Below are positions 28,583-40,733 of a DNA stretch of 64,000 nucleotides, piece after piece. The DNA comes from an uncultured Clostridia bacterium. Lineage in GTDB: Bacteria > Bacillota > Clostridia > Christensenellales > JAWKQI01. How positions within the stretch are numbered: the first letter of the stretch is position 1; each line of letters starts with the position of its first letter. The notes beneath the pieces were generated by a model, which saw nothing but the letters and a program-made list of their open reading frames with translations, was not told the DNA's origin and did no database searches. The position numbers and the translations under genes were made by a program. The stretch is from contig CAYVRJ010000005.1 of assembly GCA_964453645.1 (NCBI GenBank), positions 2,808 through 66,807 on the forward strand, written 5' to 3'.

Positions 28583-28614
28583 TGTCAGTTAGGCAATAAA
28601 CGGAAAGACGTAAA

Positions 28615-28788
28615 CTAGTGCTTGCGTTTTCTTGCAGCTTCAGCCTTTTTCTTTCTCTTTACGCTGGGCTTTTCATAATGCTCGCGTTTTCTGATTTCTG
28701 CCAAAACGCTCTCCCGTGCGCACTTGCGCTTAAAACGCTTTAATGCACTTTCGATGGATTCATTTTCGCCAACACGAATTTCAGGCAC
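28615..28788 (-). CDS. rpsU: 30S ribosomal protein S21
   Basis: Not in the ORF track (57 aa). Hand translation: [60 protein letters not shown] start 8 nt after GGAGGG. Confidence 0.9.
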   Translation of the reverse strand: MPEIRVGENESIESALKRFKRKCARESVLAEIRKREHYEKPSVKRKKKAEAARKRKH

Positions 28789-28842
28789 TTCTTTTTCCCT
28801 CCCCCCGTTGTGAAACAGGTTTGCAACAACCTTATCATTAAA

Positions 28843-28871
28843 ATTATAGTTGAATTGACTTCTATTGTCAA
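28843..28871 (-). promoter_or_regulatory. rpsU promoter
   Basis: Minus strand TTGACA (28871-28866), 17 nt, TATAAT (28848-28843). Confidence 0.65.
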
Positions 28872-28926
28872 CCAGAAATATTCGCTAGGAACAAAATGCA
28901 AATCAAGTTGTTTCCATTTTTTAAAT

Positions 28927-30345
28927 TTAAAAACGAAAATCTCGTTCACCCAACTCAATCTTATTTAAATACTCTTTGGTCTTTAATTTGGCAGCTTCGT
29001 TGGGAATATTTTCAACTTCACGGCCAATCACCTCGTTCGCTAACGTGATGAATTCCTCGTCTCCATAATCACAGGCGTATTCCTTCAAAGTGATCAGCGC
29101 ATTCGCCTGGCACACGTTGGCGATCTGCCCGGTCTTAGCAAGGCGCATAAAGCGGTCTCCCGTCCGACCCTGCCGATAACACGCTGTGCAAAAGCTGGGG
29201 ATATACCCCTTCTTCAACAACATTTTTGTGATCTCTAAGGGTGTGCGGTGATCGGCAACTTCAAACTGAGGTGCGGAATTCTTATTGGAATACCCACCCA
29301 CCCCTGTGGCCGAACCCGCAGACGTTTGGGAAACCCCCAGTGCGATACACTCCTCCCGAAACCCGGCATCTTCCCGGGTGGAGATGATGATGCCCGTGTA
29401 GGGCACGGACAGCCGGATCACGGCGATAATTCGCTTAAAATCCTCGTCGGTGACGGGATATGGATATTGATTCATGGCTATGCCGCAGGCGGGGCGAATC
29501 CGGGGGACGGAAATGGTGTGGGGGCCCACGCCATACACGGCCTCTAGGTGCTCGGCGTGCAGAAACGTGCCCACAATTTCGTAGTGCCAGTCGTATAAGC
29601 CATAGAGCACCCCAATGCCCACGTCGTCAATGCCCCCCTCCATCGCCCGGTCGTGGGCGGTTGTGTGGTATTCGTAGTTGGACTTAGGGCCAGATAAGTG
29701 CAGCTTTTCATACATTTCCTTGTTGTAGGTCTCTTGAAACAAAATATACGTTCCAATACCCGCTTCTTTTAACTTTTGATAGTTCTCAACGGTGGTGGCT
29801 GCAATGTTAATGTTCACCCGGCGAATCTCACCGTTTTGGTTTTTTACTTTATATATGGTGTCGATGCACGAAAGCACATACTCAATGGGGCAGTTTTTTG
29901 GATCTTCTCCCGCTTCTAGGGCAAGGCGCTTGTGCCCCATGCTCTCCAAAGCCTCCACTTCTAAAACCAGCTCTTCCATGGTGAGTTTGTTGCGCTGCAT
30001 TTTATTGGAGCGGTGGTAACCGCAGTAGGTGCACTCGTTGATGCAATAATCCGAAATATAAATGGGGGCAAACATGACGATGCGCTTGCCGTAGATGTGT
30101 TCCTTAATGTCCCGGGCAGTTGCATACATCTCTTCCACCAGCATTGGATCGTCCACATAGGTGAGTACTGCCGCCTCGGTGTGGTTAAGCCCTCCGTATG
30201 TCTTTGCCTTGTTTATAATGGTTCGAACGGTGTCGTAATCCTTGGCTGCAACTTTTGCATACGCTAAGGTTTTTTCTATTTCATCGTGGTTTATAAAATC
30301 CACCGCCAGAGCAGATGTTTTGTCGTACGGCATATTAAACTCCAT
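28927..30345 (-). CDS. hydG: [FeFe]-hydrogenase maturase HydG (radical SAM tyrosine lyase)
   Basis: Radical-SAM CINECTYCGY plus the C-terminal CTAC-X22-C motif that separates HydG from ThiH. Confidence 0.85.
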   Translation of the reverse strand: MEFNMPYDKTSALAVDFINHDEIEKTLAYAKVAAKDYDTVRTIINKAKTYGGLNHTEAAVLTYVDDPMLVEEMYATARDIKEHIYGKRIVMFAPIYISDYCINECTYCGYHRSNKMQRNKLTMEELVLEVEALESMGHKRLALEAGEDPKNCPIEYVLSCIDTIYKVKNQNGEIRRVNINIAATTVENYQKLKEAGIGTYILFQETYNKEMYEKLHLSGPKSNYEYHTTAHDRAMEGGIDDVGIGVLYGLYDWHYEIVGTFLHAEHLEAVYGVGPHTISVPRIRPACGIAMNQYPYPVTDEDFKRIIAVIRLSVPYTGIIISTREDAGFREECIALGVSQTSAGSATGVGGYSNKNSAPQFEVADHRTPLEITKMLLKKGYIPSFCTACYRQGRTGDRFMRLAKTGQIANVCQANALITLKEYACDYGDEEFITLANEVIGREVENIPNEAAKLKTKEYLNKIELGERDFRF

Positions 30346-30387
30346 TCCGCCGCTTCACTTACGGCACAAATAATCGTAGAAGAACCT

Positions 30388-31401
30388 TTAAACTCCTTCT
30401 AAGCCCATCTCGTTAAGGTCGTTCTTTAAGTCTAAAAACTGTTGTTTTAGCGGAATCTTCGGCGCTTCCCGCCCGGGGTAAATTTCGTATAAGTCCCGGT
30501 AGGCAAAGGGGGTTGCCTTTTGCATGATGACGTTTGCCCCGCAGAACAGTGCGTTGTTTCGCCCACCCAACACGTTGAGGGCGGTGGTGGAGGGCAGGTG
30601 TATCTTGGGCAGAACCAGCCGGGTGAGAGCTAAAATTTTTAAGGTCAGCTCTGCCGAACCGTTTTCCTCCCCTTTGAGTTCGGTTAAGGGGCTTGCGATA
30701 AAGGGGCCAATGCCCGCCATGTCCACTCCGAGTTCCTTGAGCAGCAGGATGTCTTGTGCTAAGGTTTTAGATGTTTGCCCGGGCAGGCCAATCATAAAGC
30801 CGCTGCCCAGCTCATAACCAATTTCCTTTAGGGCACGGCTACACGCCAGGCGGTTGTCTATTGACACGCCGTGCAGTTTAAAATATAAGTCCTCGTCCGA
30901 GGTTTCGTGTTTTAACAGATAGCGGTTGCCCCCACATTCATAGAACCGTTCGTATTCCCAAACCTCCCGCTCTCCCAAAGAGAGGGTAATGGCCATACCC
31001 GGACACGCAACCACAATTTGTTTGATGAGGTCACACAGCAGATCGCAGGTAAAAAAACTGTCCTCCCCCGACTGGAGGATGAGGGTTTGATAGCCCGCTG
31101 AATACACCTCCCGTGCACTTTCAAGAATTTCATCAAAGGACATGCGATACCGAGGCAGATCGGCATTGCAGTTCAGGCCGCAGTAGGCGCAAGAACACCT
31201 GCAATAGCTGGAAAACTCCACGATTGCACGAATATACACTTTGTTGCCGAAGTGTTTGGTCTTCACACTGTCCGCCAAGTCTAGGAGAAATTGAAGGTCT
31301 CCCCCAAAGCAGTTGTGGATGACGTGGGTTAAATTTTCTATTGTAGCACCGCCACCGGCAATTTCCTTAATGTCACTTACCATACGTATATTTAAATACA
31401 A
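30388..31401 (-). CDS. hydE: [FeFe]-hydrogenase maturase HydE-like radical SAM protein
   Basis: CX3CX2C (CRCSCAYC), BioB/HydE-like length (337 aa), directly upstream of hydG. The start codon is uncertain (M1 or M7). Confidence 0.7.
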   Translation of the reverse strand: MYLNIRMVSDIKEIAGGGATIENLTHVIHNCFGGDLQFLLDLADSVKTKHFGNKVYIRAIVEFSSYCRCSCAYCGLNCNADLPRYRMSFDEILESAREVYSAGYQTLILQSGEDSFFTCDLLCDLIKQIVVACPGMAITLSLGEREVWEYERFYECGGNRYLLKHETSDEDLYFKLHGVSIDNRLACSRALKEIGYELGSGFMIGLPGQTSKTLAQDILLLKELGVDMAGIGPFIASPLTELKGEENGSAELTLKILALTRLVLPKIHLPSTTALNVLGGRNNALFCGANVIMQKATPFAYRDLYEIYPGREAPKIPLKQQFLDLKNDLNEMGLEGV

Positions 31402-31427
31402 AACTGCCGAAATTTCAAGCAGCTATA

Positions 31428-32759
31428 TTAAATATTTAACATAATATACACATTAAAAACGTTTTCCTCCCAGGAAAAACGCAGTTCTCCCCCGTTGCTG
31501 TTTACAATGTTGCGAATGGAGGGAATGCCGATGCCCGAACCGTTTTCTTTGGTGGTGGCAAACACCTCTCCCCGCTTGTTCAAAGTTTTGGGGGAAAAGC
31601 TGTTTTCTATTAAAATAAACAACTGCCCACCATTGGTGTGCACCCGCACCCGCAAAAACCTGGTGGTGCCCTCCTCCTGCATCAAGCAAGCGTCTACAGC
31701 GTTTTGAATGGCGTTGCCAAAGAGGATACAAAGGTCCGAATCGCTGATTTTAAGCACATCGGGCAGGGCAACGTGTACATAGGTTTGGATTCCCCTCTTG
31801 TTTGCAAGGGAAATATAATACCGAAGCACCATGTCCACCAACGGGTTGGCGCAAAGGGGTATTTCGGTGGATTCCATGTTACTCACATATCCCGACAAAT
31901 ATTCGTTTAACTTATTCAGTTCCCCCTGCTCAGCATAATTTTTAATTAAAAGGAGCTGGTGCCGCCAGTCGTGGCGCAGTTTTGCGGTTTCCTGAAGGTT
32001 TTGGGAAAGTTTCTCATAACTCTCCTTTTGGATTTTTAGCTGATTGCACATCATGTTAAACTTCTCCCGCTCCTTCATGGAATCGTGGGTTTTGATGAGC
32101 ATTTTCATGGCGATGGAGTAGATCATCACCATCACCCCCGTTAAAAAAATAAACAGCAGGATATCGACAAAATAGTTTTCCCCTGCATAATCCTTATGGT
32201 TGACAGCACCTATGTTGATGTATAGAAAAAACATTAGCGGAATGCAGGACAGTTTTCCCCAGTGGGCGTAGTCCTCATCGATATCCAACAGTTTCACAAA
32301 CAACACTTTAATTAAATACCAAAACACGGGTGCATAGATGAGCGCAGACAAATGGCTTGCCAAGGTAAAGTGATCCAAGGGAAATCCATCCAGCATGTTC
32401 ACCAGAACTTGGCAAAGGTACTGGACCGAACAATGGATGCTCAGCTTAATAAAATACACAAAGACCAATTGATATAGATTACACTTAAGAATGAGCACAA
32501 AGAATAAAAAGCCAAAAGTTGTCCAGATCAAAAAGGGTATGAGATCAAACGCGTGATAAACGTCCTCCCAGCTAAAGTATTGGATAATGGAGAGCCAAGA
32601 CAAAAGGACATAAATAGCCGTAAAAAAGGCCGTGGTTTTTACCCCAAACCGCAGTTTGTTTCTAATGGGATAGATAATAAAAAACAAAAAAACAAAGCCG
32701 CTCACCAAAAAAACATCAATGTGATCAAGAAAAATAATCACTTTGTCTAAAAAACTCAT
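31428..32759 (-). CDS. AgrC/LytS-like membrane sensor histidine kinase (GHKL ATPase), no cognate regulator nearby
   Basis: About 6-7 N-terminal TM segments, H-box region LRHDWRHQL, C-terminal GSGIGIPSIRNIV G-box. Confidence 0.75.
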   Translation of the reverse strand: MSFLDKVIIFLDHIDVFLVSGFVFLFFIIYPIRNKLRFGVKTTAFFTAIYVLLSWLSIIQYFSWEDVYHAFDLIPFLIWTTFGFLFFVLILKCNLYQLVFVYFIKLSIHCSVQYLCQVLVNMLDGFPLDHFTLASHLSALIYAPVFWYLIKVLFVKLLDIDEDYAHWGKLSCIPLMFFLYINIGAVNHKDYAGENYFVDILLFIFLTGVMVMIYSIAMKMLIKTHDSMKEREKFNMMCNQLKIQKESYEKLSQNLQETAKLRHDWRHQLLLIKNYAEQGELNKLNEYLSGYVSNMESTEIPLCANPLVDMVLRYYISLANKRGIQTYVHVALPDVLKISDSDLCILFGNAIQNAVDACLMQEEGTTRFLRVRVHTNGGQLFILIENSFSPKTLNKRGEVFATTKENGSGIGIPSIRNIVNSNGGELRFSWEENVFNVYIMLNI

Positions 32760-32783
32760 TATTTGACCTCAGTAACAGTTGAC

Positions 32784-32812
32784 AAAAGGGGCTGCTTGTG
32801 CATGCCCCTTTT
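32784..32812 (-). terminator. PFOR terminator (bidirectional-looking hairpin)
   Basis: AAAAGGGGC-11 nt-GCCCCTTTT, 16 nt after the nifJ stop. Confidence 0.6.
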
Positions 32813-32827
32813 GAAATATTGATATAT

Positions 32828-36340
<3,513 letters not shown>

Positions 36341-36580
36341 TTAATAAAAAATATAGCAATCGGACAAATGCCGAAAGTATTTCGCTACTATTATAAATGG
36401 TATTTTCGCTAAACACAAGCAGTTTTTGCTAAGCAGTTGTGAATATTGATAAATAATTAACAAAGTTGAGTTTTGTTGTTTTAATTTGTATGTTTATAAT
36501 ATAAAATATGAAATGATTGTTTCTTTTTATAGATCATCAAATAAACAATGTAAATATTGTTGGCTTTGCCAAAATTATTC

Positions 36581-36609
36581 TTGACAAGGGGTTTTTGCCG
36601 TGTTATATT
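36581..36609 (+). promoter_or_regulatory. promoter of rpmG-secE-nusG
   Basis: TTGACA (36581-36586), 17 nt, TATATT (36604-36609). Confidence 0.55.
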
Positions 36610-36667
36610 GAATGAGTTACGGGGCGTATGCCTTTTTTTAAATTAACAAATTATGAGGTGCAAAACA

Positions 36668-36817
36668 ATGCGTGTGAAGATAACACTGGCTTGTCAAGAC
36701 TGCAAACAGAGAAACTACAACACCATGAAAAACAAGAAAAACGATCCGGACAGGCTGGAAATGCAAAAATACTGCCGGTTCTGCAAGAAACACACTGCTC
36801 ACAAAGAGACGAAATAA
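36668..36817 (+). CDS. rpmG: 50S ribosomal protein L33
   Basis: Not in the ORF track (49 aa). Hand translation: [49 protein letters not shown], with CxxC...CxxC zinc ribbon. Confidence 0.9.
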   Translation: MRVKITLACQDCKQRNYNTMKNKKNDPDRLEMQKYCRFCKKHTAHKETK

Positions 36818-36863
36818 GGGGTCTATCACTGCTTATTGCGGTTTTTCGCAGAAAGGAATTTTT

Positions 36864-37121
36864 ATGGCAAAAACAAAGCTTTTGGGCAAAGATAAGGAAA
36901 ATAAAGAAAAGCAGATAAAAGCGTCGAACAAGAAGCAAAGACGCTCCATTAGCGCTTATTTTAAAGATGTATTTGCAGAGCTTAAGAAAGTTACTTGGCC
37001 AACCTTTAGAAACCTTTTGGTATATACCGGGGCGGTCATCGCTTTCATTTTAATTATGGCCATCATCACCGGTGCCTATGACTTAGGCCTGGCCACACTC
37101 ATGCAAATGCTGGTTGGATAA
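36864..37121 (+). CDS. secE: preprotein translocase subunit SecE
   Basis: Lys-rich N-terminus, FKDVFAELKKVTWPT motif, single TM. Conserved position between rpmG and nusG. Confidence 0.88.
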   Translation: MAKTKLLGKDKENKEKQIKASNKKQRRSISAYFKDVFAELKKVTWPTFRNLLVYTGAVIAFILIMAIITGAYDLGLATLMQMLVG

Positions 37122-37123
37122 CG

Positions 37124-37891
37124 ATGCAAAAAGAGTTCATGGACAACAGCAGTGCAGATGCTGCTGCATACAGCGAATCAGAGGTCATCAACAATCTGGA
37201 TTATTTAAACATTCTGGATGTGGACGAGAGTGCGGCAACCCTTGATGTGCCACCCGTCGAAGAAGAATCGGCCGAGGGTATCCCTTTGGATGAAACCGAA
37301 GAGGCACCGGCAGGTGACGAGCAGCAGCCCGAGGAGGAAAAGCGGCGTCACGACGTGTTCATCAAGCAGGAGCGCACAGACACCGCCTATTGGTATGTGG
37401 TGCACACCTATTCGGGTTATGAAAACAAAGTCAAGGCGAATATCGAAAAAACCATTGAGAACAGCGGGTTACAAGACGTAATCTTAGAAGTGAAAGTGCC
37501 CATGGAGGAATCCATTGAGGTGAAGAACGGAAAGAAAAAACACGTCATGAAAAAGCTGTACCCCGGTTACGTCATGGTGAAAATGTTTTTAACCGACGAA
37601 TCTTGGTATGTTGTGCGCAACACCCGGGGAGTCACCGGCTTTGTGGGCCCCGGCTCCAAGCCCATTCCCTTAACAAACAAGGAAGTGCGGGCCATGGGCG
37701 TGGAAGCCATCCCCATCTCTCTCAACGTGGAAGTGGGCGAAAACGTCATGATCACCGCCGGGCCGCTGGAGAGCTTTGTGGGTGTGATCAGCGAGGTGAA
37801 CGCCGAGCGCCAGAAGGTTATTGTGGTTGTCTCCATGTTTGGAAGAGACACCAACGTTGAATTGGATTTTGCACAAATTAAACGTATATAA
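37124..37891 (+). CDS. nusG: transcription termination/antitermination factor NusG with approx 85-aa acidic N-terminal extension
   Basis: NGN domain WYVVHTYSGYENKV and KOW motif GENVMITAGPLESFVGVI. The extension is rich in D/E. Confidence 0.9.
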   Translation: MQKEFMDNSSADAAAYSESEVINNLDYLNILDVDESAATLDVPPVEEESAEGIPLDETEEAPAGDEQQPEEEKRRHDVFIKQERTDTAYWYVVHTYSGYENKVKANIEKTIENSGLQDVILEVKVPMEESIEVKNGKKKHVMKKLYPGYVMVKMFLTDESWYVVRNTRGVTGFVGPGSKPIPLTNKEVRAMGVEAIPISLNVEVGENVMITAGPLESFVGVISEVNAERQKVIVVVSMFGRDTNVELDFAQIKRI

Positions 37892-37934
37892 AAGAAGAAA
37901 CTTTTGGATTTAAGGCGGTTTTCCGTCTTTTATC

Positions 37935-37975
37935 GTGGGAGGGCAGGAGTTTGCTCTATTGCCCGAATACACCAC
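37935..37975 (+). promoter_or_regulatory. candidate L1-binding leader motif upstream of rplK
   Basis: GTGGGAG-[GGCA...TGCC hairpin]-CGAATACACCAC. Same architecture as 38435-38469. Confidence 0.35.
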
Positions 37976-37996
37976 ATAGATTAAGGAGGATTTACA

Positions 37997-38422
37997 ATGG
38001 CAAAGAAGATCGTTGCTTATATCAAACTTCAATTGCCTGCCGGCAAAGCGACTCCGGCACCCCCTGTAGGCCCCGCTCTGGGTCAGCACGGGTTAAACAT
38101 CATGGACTTTTGTAAACAGTTCAATGAAAAGACTTCCCAACAGGTTGGTCTCGTCATTCCTGCGGTGATCACTGTATATGCCGACAGATCGTTTACTTTC
38201 GTTTTAAAAACGCCACCGGCCGCAGTACTCATTAAAAAAGCAATTAAAGTGGAGAGCGGTTCGCCTGTGCCTAACAAGACAAAGATCGGCAAGATCACCA
38301 CTGCACAGCTTAAAGAAATTGCGGAGCTGAAAATGCCCGATTTAAATGCTGCCAGCGTTGATGCTGCAATTAGCATGATCACAGGTACTGCAAAGAGCAT
38401 GGGTGTCACCATCGCCGACTAA
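37997..38422 (+). CDS. rplK: 50S ribosomal protein L11
   Basis: 141 aa, [23 protein letters not shown]. Confidence 0.97.
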   Translation: MAKKIVAYIKLQLPAGKATPAPPVGPALGQHGLNIMDFCKQFNEKTSQQVGLVIPAVITVYADRSFTFVLKTPPAAVLIKKAIKVESGSPVPNKTKIGKITTAQLKEIAELKMPDLNAASVDAAISMITGTAKSMGVTIAD

Positions 38423-38434
38423 GAGTTTTTAAAT

Positions 38435-38469
38435 GTGGGAGGTTTTTTAAGGAAAACCGAATCACCACC
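38435..38469 (+). promoter_or_regulatory. candidate L1-binding motif in the rplK-rplA spacer
   Basis: GTGGGAG-[GTTTT...AAAAC hairpin]-CGAATCACCACC, immediately before the rplA RBS. Confidence 0.35.
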
Positions 38470-38481
38470 AGGAGGAAAAGA

Positions 38482-39177
38482 ATGTTTCGAGGAAAAAAAT
38501 ATCAGGACAGCGCAAAGCTATTCAATAAAACCGAACTGTACGAACCGGACAAGGCCTTAGCACTGGCTGTGGAAACGGCAAAGGCGAAATTCGATGAGTC
38601 CATCGAAATTTCTGCTCGTTTGGGCGTTGACCCCCGCCATGCAGACCAACAGGTGAGAGGCGTTGTGGTTCTGCCCCACGGTACCGGCAAAAAAGTTCGG
38701 GTGTTGGTGTTTGCCAAGGGCGAAAAAGCAAAGGAAGCGGAAGAGGCTGGTGCTGATTTCGTTGGTGCAGAGGAACTGATCGACAAAATCCAAAAGGAGG
38801 GCTGGTTCGGCTTTGATGCTGCCATTGCCACTCCCGACATGATGGGTTTGATCGGACGTATTGCAAGGCTGTTGGGACCAAAAGGTTTAATGCCCAACCC
38901 CAAGTCGGGTACGGTTACCATGGATGTTGCGAAGGCGATCAACGATATTAAAGCCGGTAAGGTTGAATATCGTGTGGATAAAACGTCTATCGTTCACGTT
39001 TCGATCGGCAAGAAGAGTTTTGGCGAAGAGAAGCTTGCGGACAACCTTCGGGTATTGATGGAAGCGATCGTGAAGGCGAAGCCGTCTGCTGCCAAGGGAA
39101 CGTATCTTAAAAGTGTGGTCGTTTCGTCCACCATGGGCCCCGGCATCAAGATCAACCCCTTAAGATTTTCAAACTAA
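38482..39177 (+). CDS. rplA: 50S ribosomal protein L1
   Basis: 231 aa, [21 protein letters not shown]. Confidence 0.97.
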   Translation: MFRGKKYQDSAKLFNKTELYEPDKALALAVETAKAKFDESIEISARLGVDPRHADQQVRGVVVLPHGTGKKVRVLVFAKGEKAKEAEEAGADFVGAEELIDKIQKEGWFGFDAAIATPDMMGLIGRIARLLGPKGLMPNPKSGTVTMDVAKAINDIKAGKVEYRVDKTSIVHVSIGKKSFGEEKLADNLRVLMEAIVKAKPSAAKGTYLKSVVVSSTMGPGIKINPLRFSN

Positions 39178-39190
39178 TTAAGGTTTTTAT

Positions 39191-39339
39191 TTGGGGTTTC
39201 ACCCCAAACCCCACCAAAGGGTATTTTTGAAAAAGTACCCTTTGGAAACCCAAAAACTTCTTGTACTTTTAAAACAATAAAAATACAAGGGGTGCAGGGA
39301 CTGAGTCCCTGCCGAGGGGCATGGGGGCGAGTAGCCCCC
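39191..39339. repeat. mosaic hairpin-module element, locus D (between rplA and the rplJ leader)
   Basis: TTGGGGTTTCACCCCAA; AAAGGGTATTTTTGAAAAAGTACCCTTTGGAAACCCAAAAAC; an AT hairpin; GGGGTGCAGGGACTGAGTCCCTGCCGAGGGG; GGGGGCGAGTAGCCCCC. Confidence 0.9.
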
Positions 39340-39359
39340 ATAAAAGAATTCACACAACT

Positions 39360-39519
39360 CAATATTGCTCGAAGTTGCCATAGACAGCAGGTGCGGTTCC
39401 GCTTAAAAGATTATGCCCGCCGAGGTGATGAACGTATAACCTATGTTTGTTATGCTCTTATCAAGGTGACTTTGAAAGAGCATTTTTATATTGAAGGTTA
39501 TAAGGAGGAGGTGAACAAT
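39360..39519 (+). promoter_or_regulatory. rplJ (L10) leader with attenuator-type terminator hairpin
   Basis: Hairpin ATGCTCTT-16 nt-AAGAGCAT (39452-39483) followed by TTTTTATATT, about 30 nt before the rplJ RBS. Firmicute rplJL operons are known to be autoregulated at a leader. Confidence 0.5.
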
Positions 39520-40047
39520 TTGGGAGAAAAACAAATCCAAGCGAAAGCCAAACAAGTAGACGAACTGGTTGAAAAACTACAGAAGTCTCAGTCGGTGGTG
39601 CTGTACGATTACATCGGACTCAGCGTTTCGGAAGTAACCGAACTTAGAAACAAGTTCCGTGCCGCAGGCGTTGAATACCGCGTTATCAAAAACACAACGA
39701 TTTCTCGTGCTGCCGATATCTTAAAGATTGAAGGTTTAGAGCCTTATCTGCACGGCCCCACAGCGCTGGCATTCGGTTATACCGATGCAGTTGCTCCGGC
39801 TAAAATCTTGAGCGATTTCGTTAAGGCCAGTAAGAAGAAAACTGCCGTTAAAGCGGGTATCTTGGAAGGTAAACTGCTGGACAAGGCTGGCGTTGCTGCT
39901 CTTGCAGACCTGCCGTCTCGCGAAGAACTCATTGCAAAGGTACTGGGTTCCATGAACGCACCCATTACCGGTATGGTTATGGTGCTTTCCGGCGTTATGC
40001 GCAGCTTCGTATGTGCGCTCAACGCAATTAAAGAGAAAAAACAGTAA
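39520..40047 (+). CDS. rplJ: 50S ribosomal protein L10
   Basis: TTG start 9 nt after AGGAGGAGG, 175 aa. The track ORF from 39292 runs back through the repeat element and is over-extended. Confidence 0.93.
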   Translation: MGEKQIQAKAKQVDELVEKLQKSQSVVLYDYIGLSVSEVTELRNKFRAAGVEYRVIKNTTISRAADILKIEGLEPYLHGPTALAFGYTDAVAPAKILSDFVKASKKKTAVKAGILEGKLLDKAGVAALADLPSREELIAKVLGSMNAPITGMVMVLSGVMRSFVCALNAIKEKKQ

Positions 40048-40070
40048 GATAATAAAGGAGATTTTCAAAA

Positions 40071-40442
40071 ATGGATAGAAAACAAATTTTAGAAGCAATT
40101 GAAAGCATGACCGTGCTGGAGCTTTCCGAACTGGTTAAAGAAATGGAAGAAAAATTCGGTGTGAGCGCAGCTGCTCCCGTTGCCGTTGCTGCTGGCCCCG
40201 TTGCCGCTGCTGGCCCCGCTGCTGAAGAAAAGACTGAGTTCGACGTGGTATTAAAAGACGCTGGCGCAGAAAAGATTAAGGTTATCAAAGTTGTTCGCGA
40301 AGTAACTGGCCTTGGTCTGAAAGAAGCAAAAGATCTGGTTGAAGGCGCTCCCCAGAAGATTAAAGAAGCAATTGCTAAAGACGAAGCTGATAAGGTTGCT
40401 GAAAAGTTCAAGGAAACAGGCGCAACTGTTGTTGTTGAATAG
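40071..40442 (+). CDS. rplL: 50S ribosomal protein L7/L12
   Basis: 123 aa, Ala-rich hinge, C-terminal [22 protein letters not shown]. Confidence 0.97.
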   Translation: MDRKQILEAIESMTVLELSELVKEMEEKFGVSAAAPVAVAAGPVAAAGPAAEEKTEFDVVLKDAGAEKIKVIKVVREVTGLGLKEAKDLVEGAPQKIKEAIAKDEADKVAEKFKETGATVVVE

Positions 40443-40456
40443 TAATTAAAATCATT

Positions 40457-40489
40457 AAAGGCATGAGAATTCTTTCATGCCTTTTTTTG
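40457..40489 (+). terminator. rplL intrinsic terminator
   Basis: AAAGGCATGA-loop-TCATGCCTTT followed by TTTTT. Confidence 0.8.
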
Positions 40490-40518
40490 TTGCAAAATTT
40501 GTCGGAATATGGTATTGT
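40490..40518 (+). promoter_or_regulatory. promoter of small peptide gene 1
   Basis: TTGCAA, 17 nt, TATTGT with TG extension (TGGTATTGT). Nearly identical to 42057-42085. Confidence 0.55.
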
Positions 40519-40572
40519 GTGGTTGGGTGTTTGAAGCGGTAGGCGGTCTCCCTATAGAAGGGGGGTGAGCGC

Positions 40573-40647
40573 ATGCAGCAGAAACTAACGTTGGTCATTC
40601 TTTTTCTAATGACTCTGATAGTTCTGATTCTTGTTGCAAAAAACTAA
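40573..40647 (+). CDS. 24-aa hydrophobic peptide, candidate type I toxin
   Basis: MQQKLTLVILFLMTLIVLILVAKN, one TM helix. SD GGGGGGTGA lies 4 nt upstream. The 3' end overlaps a convergent small RNA. Confidence 0.5.
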   Translation: MQQKLTLVILFLMTLIVLILVAKN

Positions 40648-40728
40648 CCGTCCTCACTCGCAAAAATGTTGACGGTTAGCCTTTTAATCAATTAATTTGG
40701 GTGAGACCGTCCTATCGAACACCCACCA
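40637..40728 (-). ncRNA. candidate antisense small RNA 1 (approx 92 nt)
   Basis: Starts about 7 nt after a perfect consensus promoter. Ends at hairpin CTAACCGTC-18 nt-GACGGTTAG (40644-40679), which is followed by TTTTTT only on the minus strand. Confidence 0.5.
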
Positions 40729-40733
40729 TCTTT

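Noticed and set aside
39292-39519. The 76-codon N-terminal extension of rplJ in the ORF track.
   Set aside because: The extension reads through the M1/M2 repeat modules and the leader. A TTG at 39520 with AGGAGGAGG upstream gives a normal 175-aa L10.
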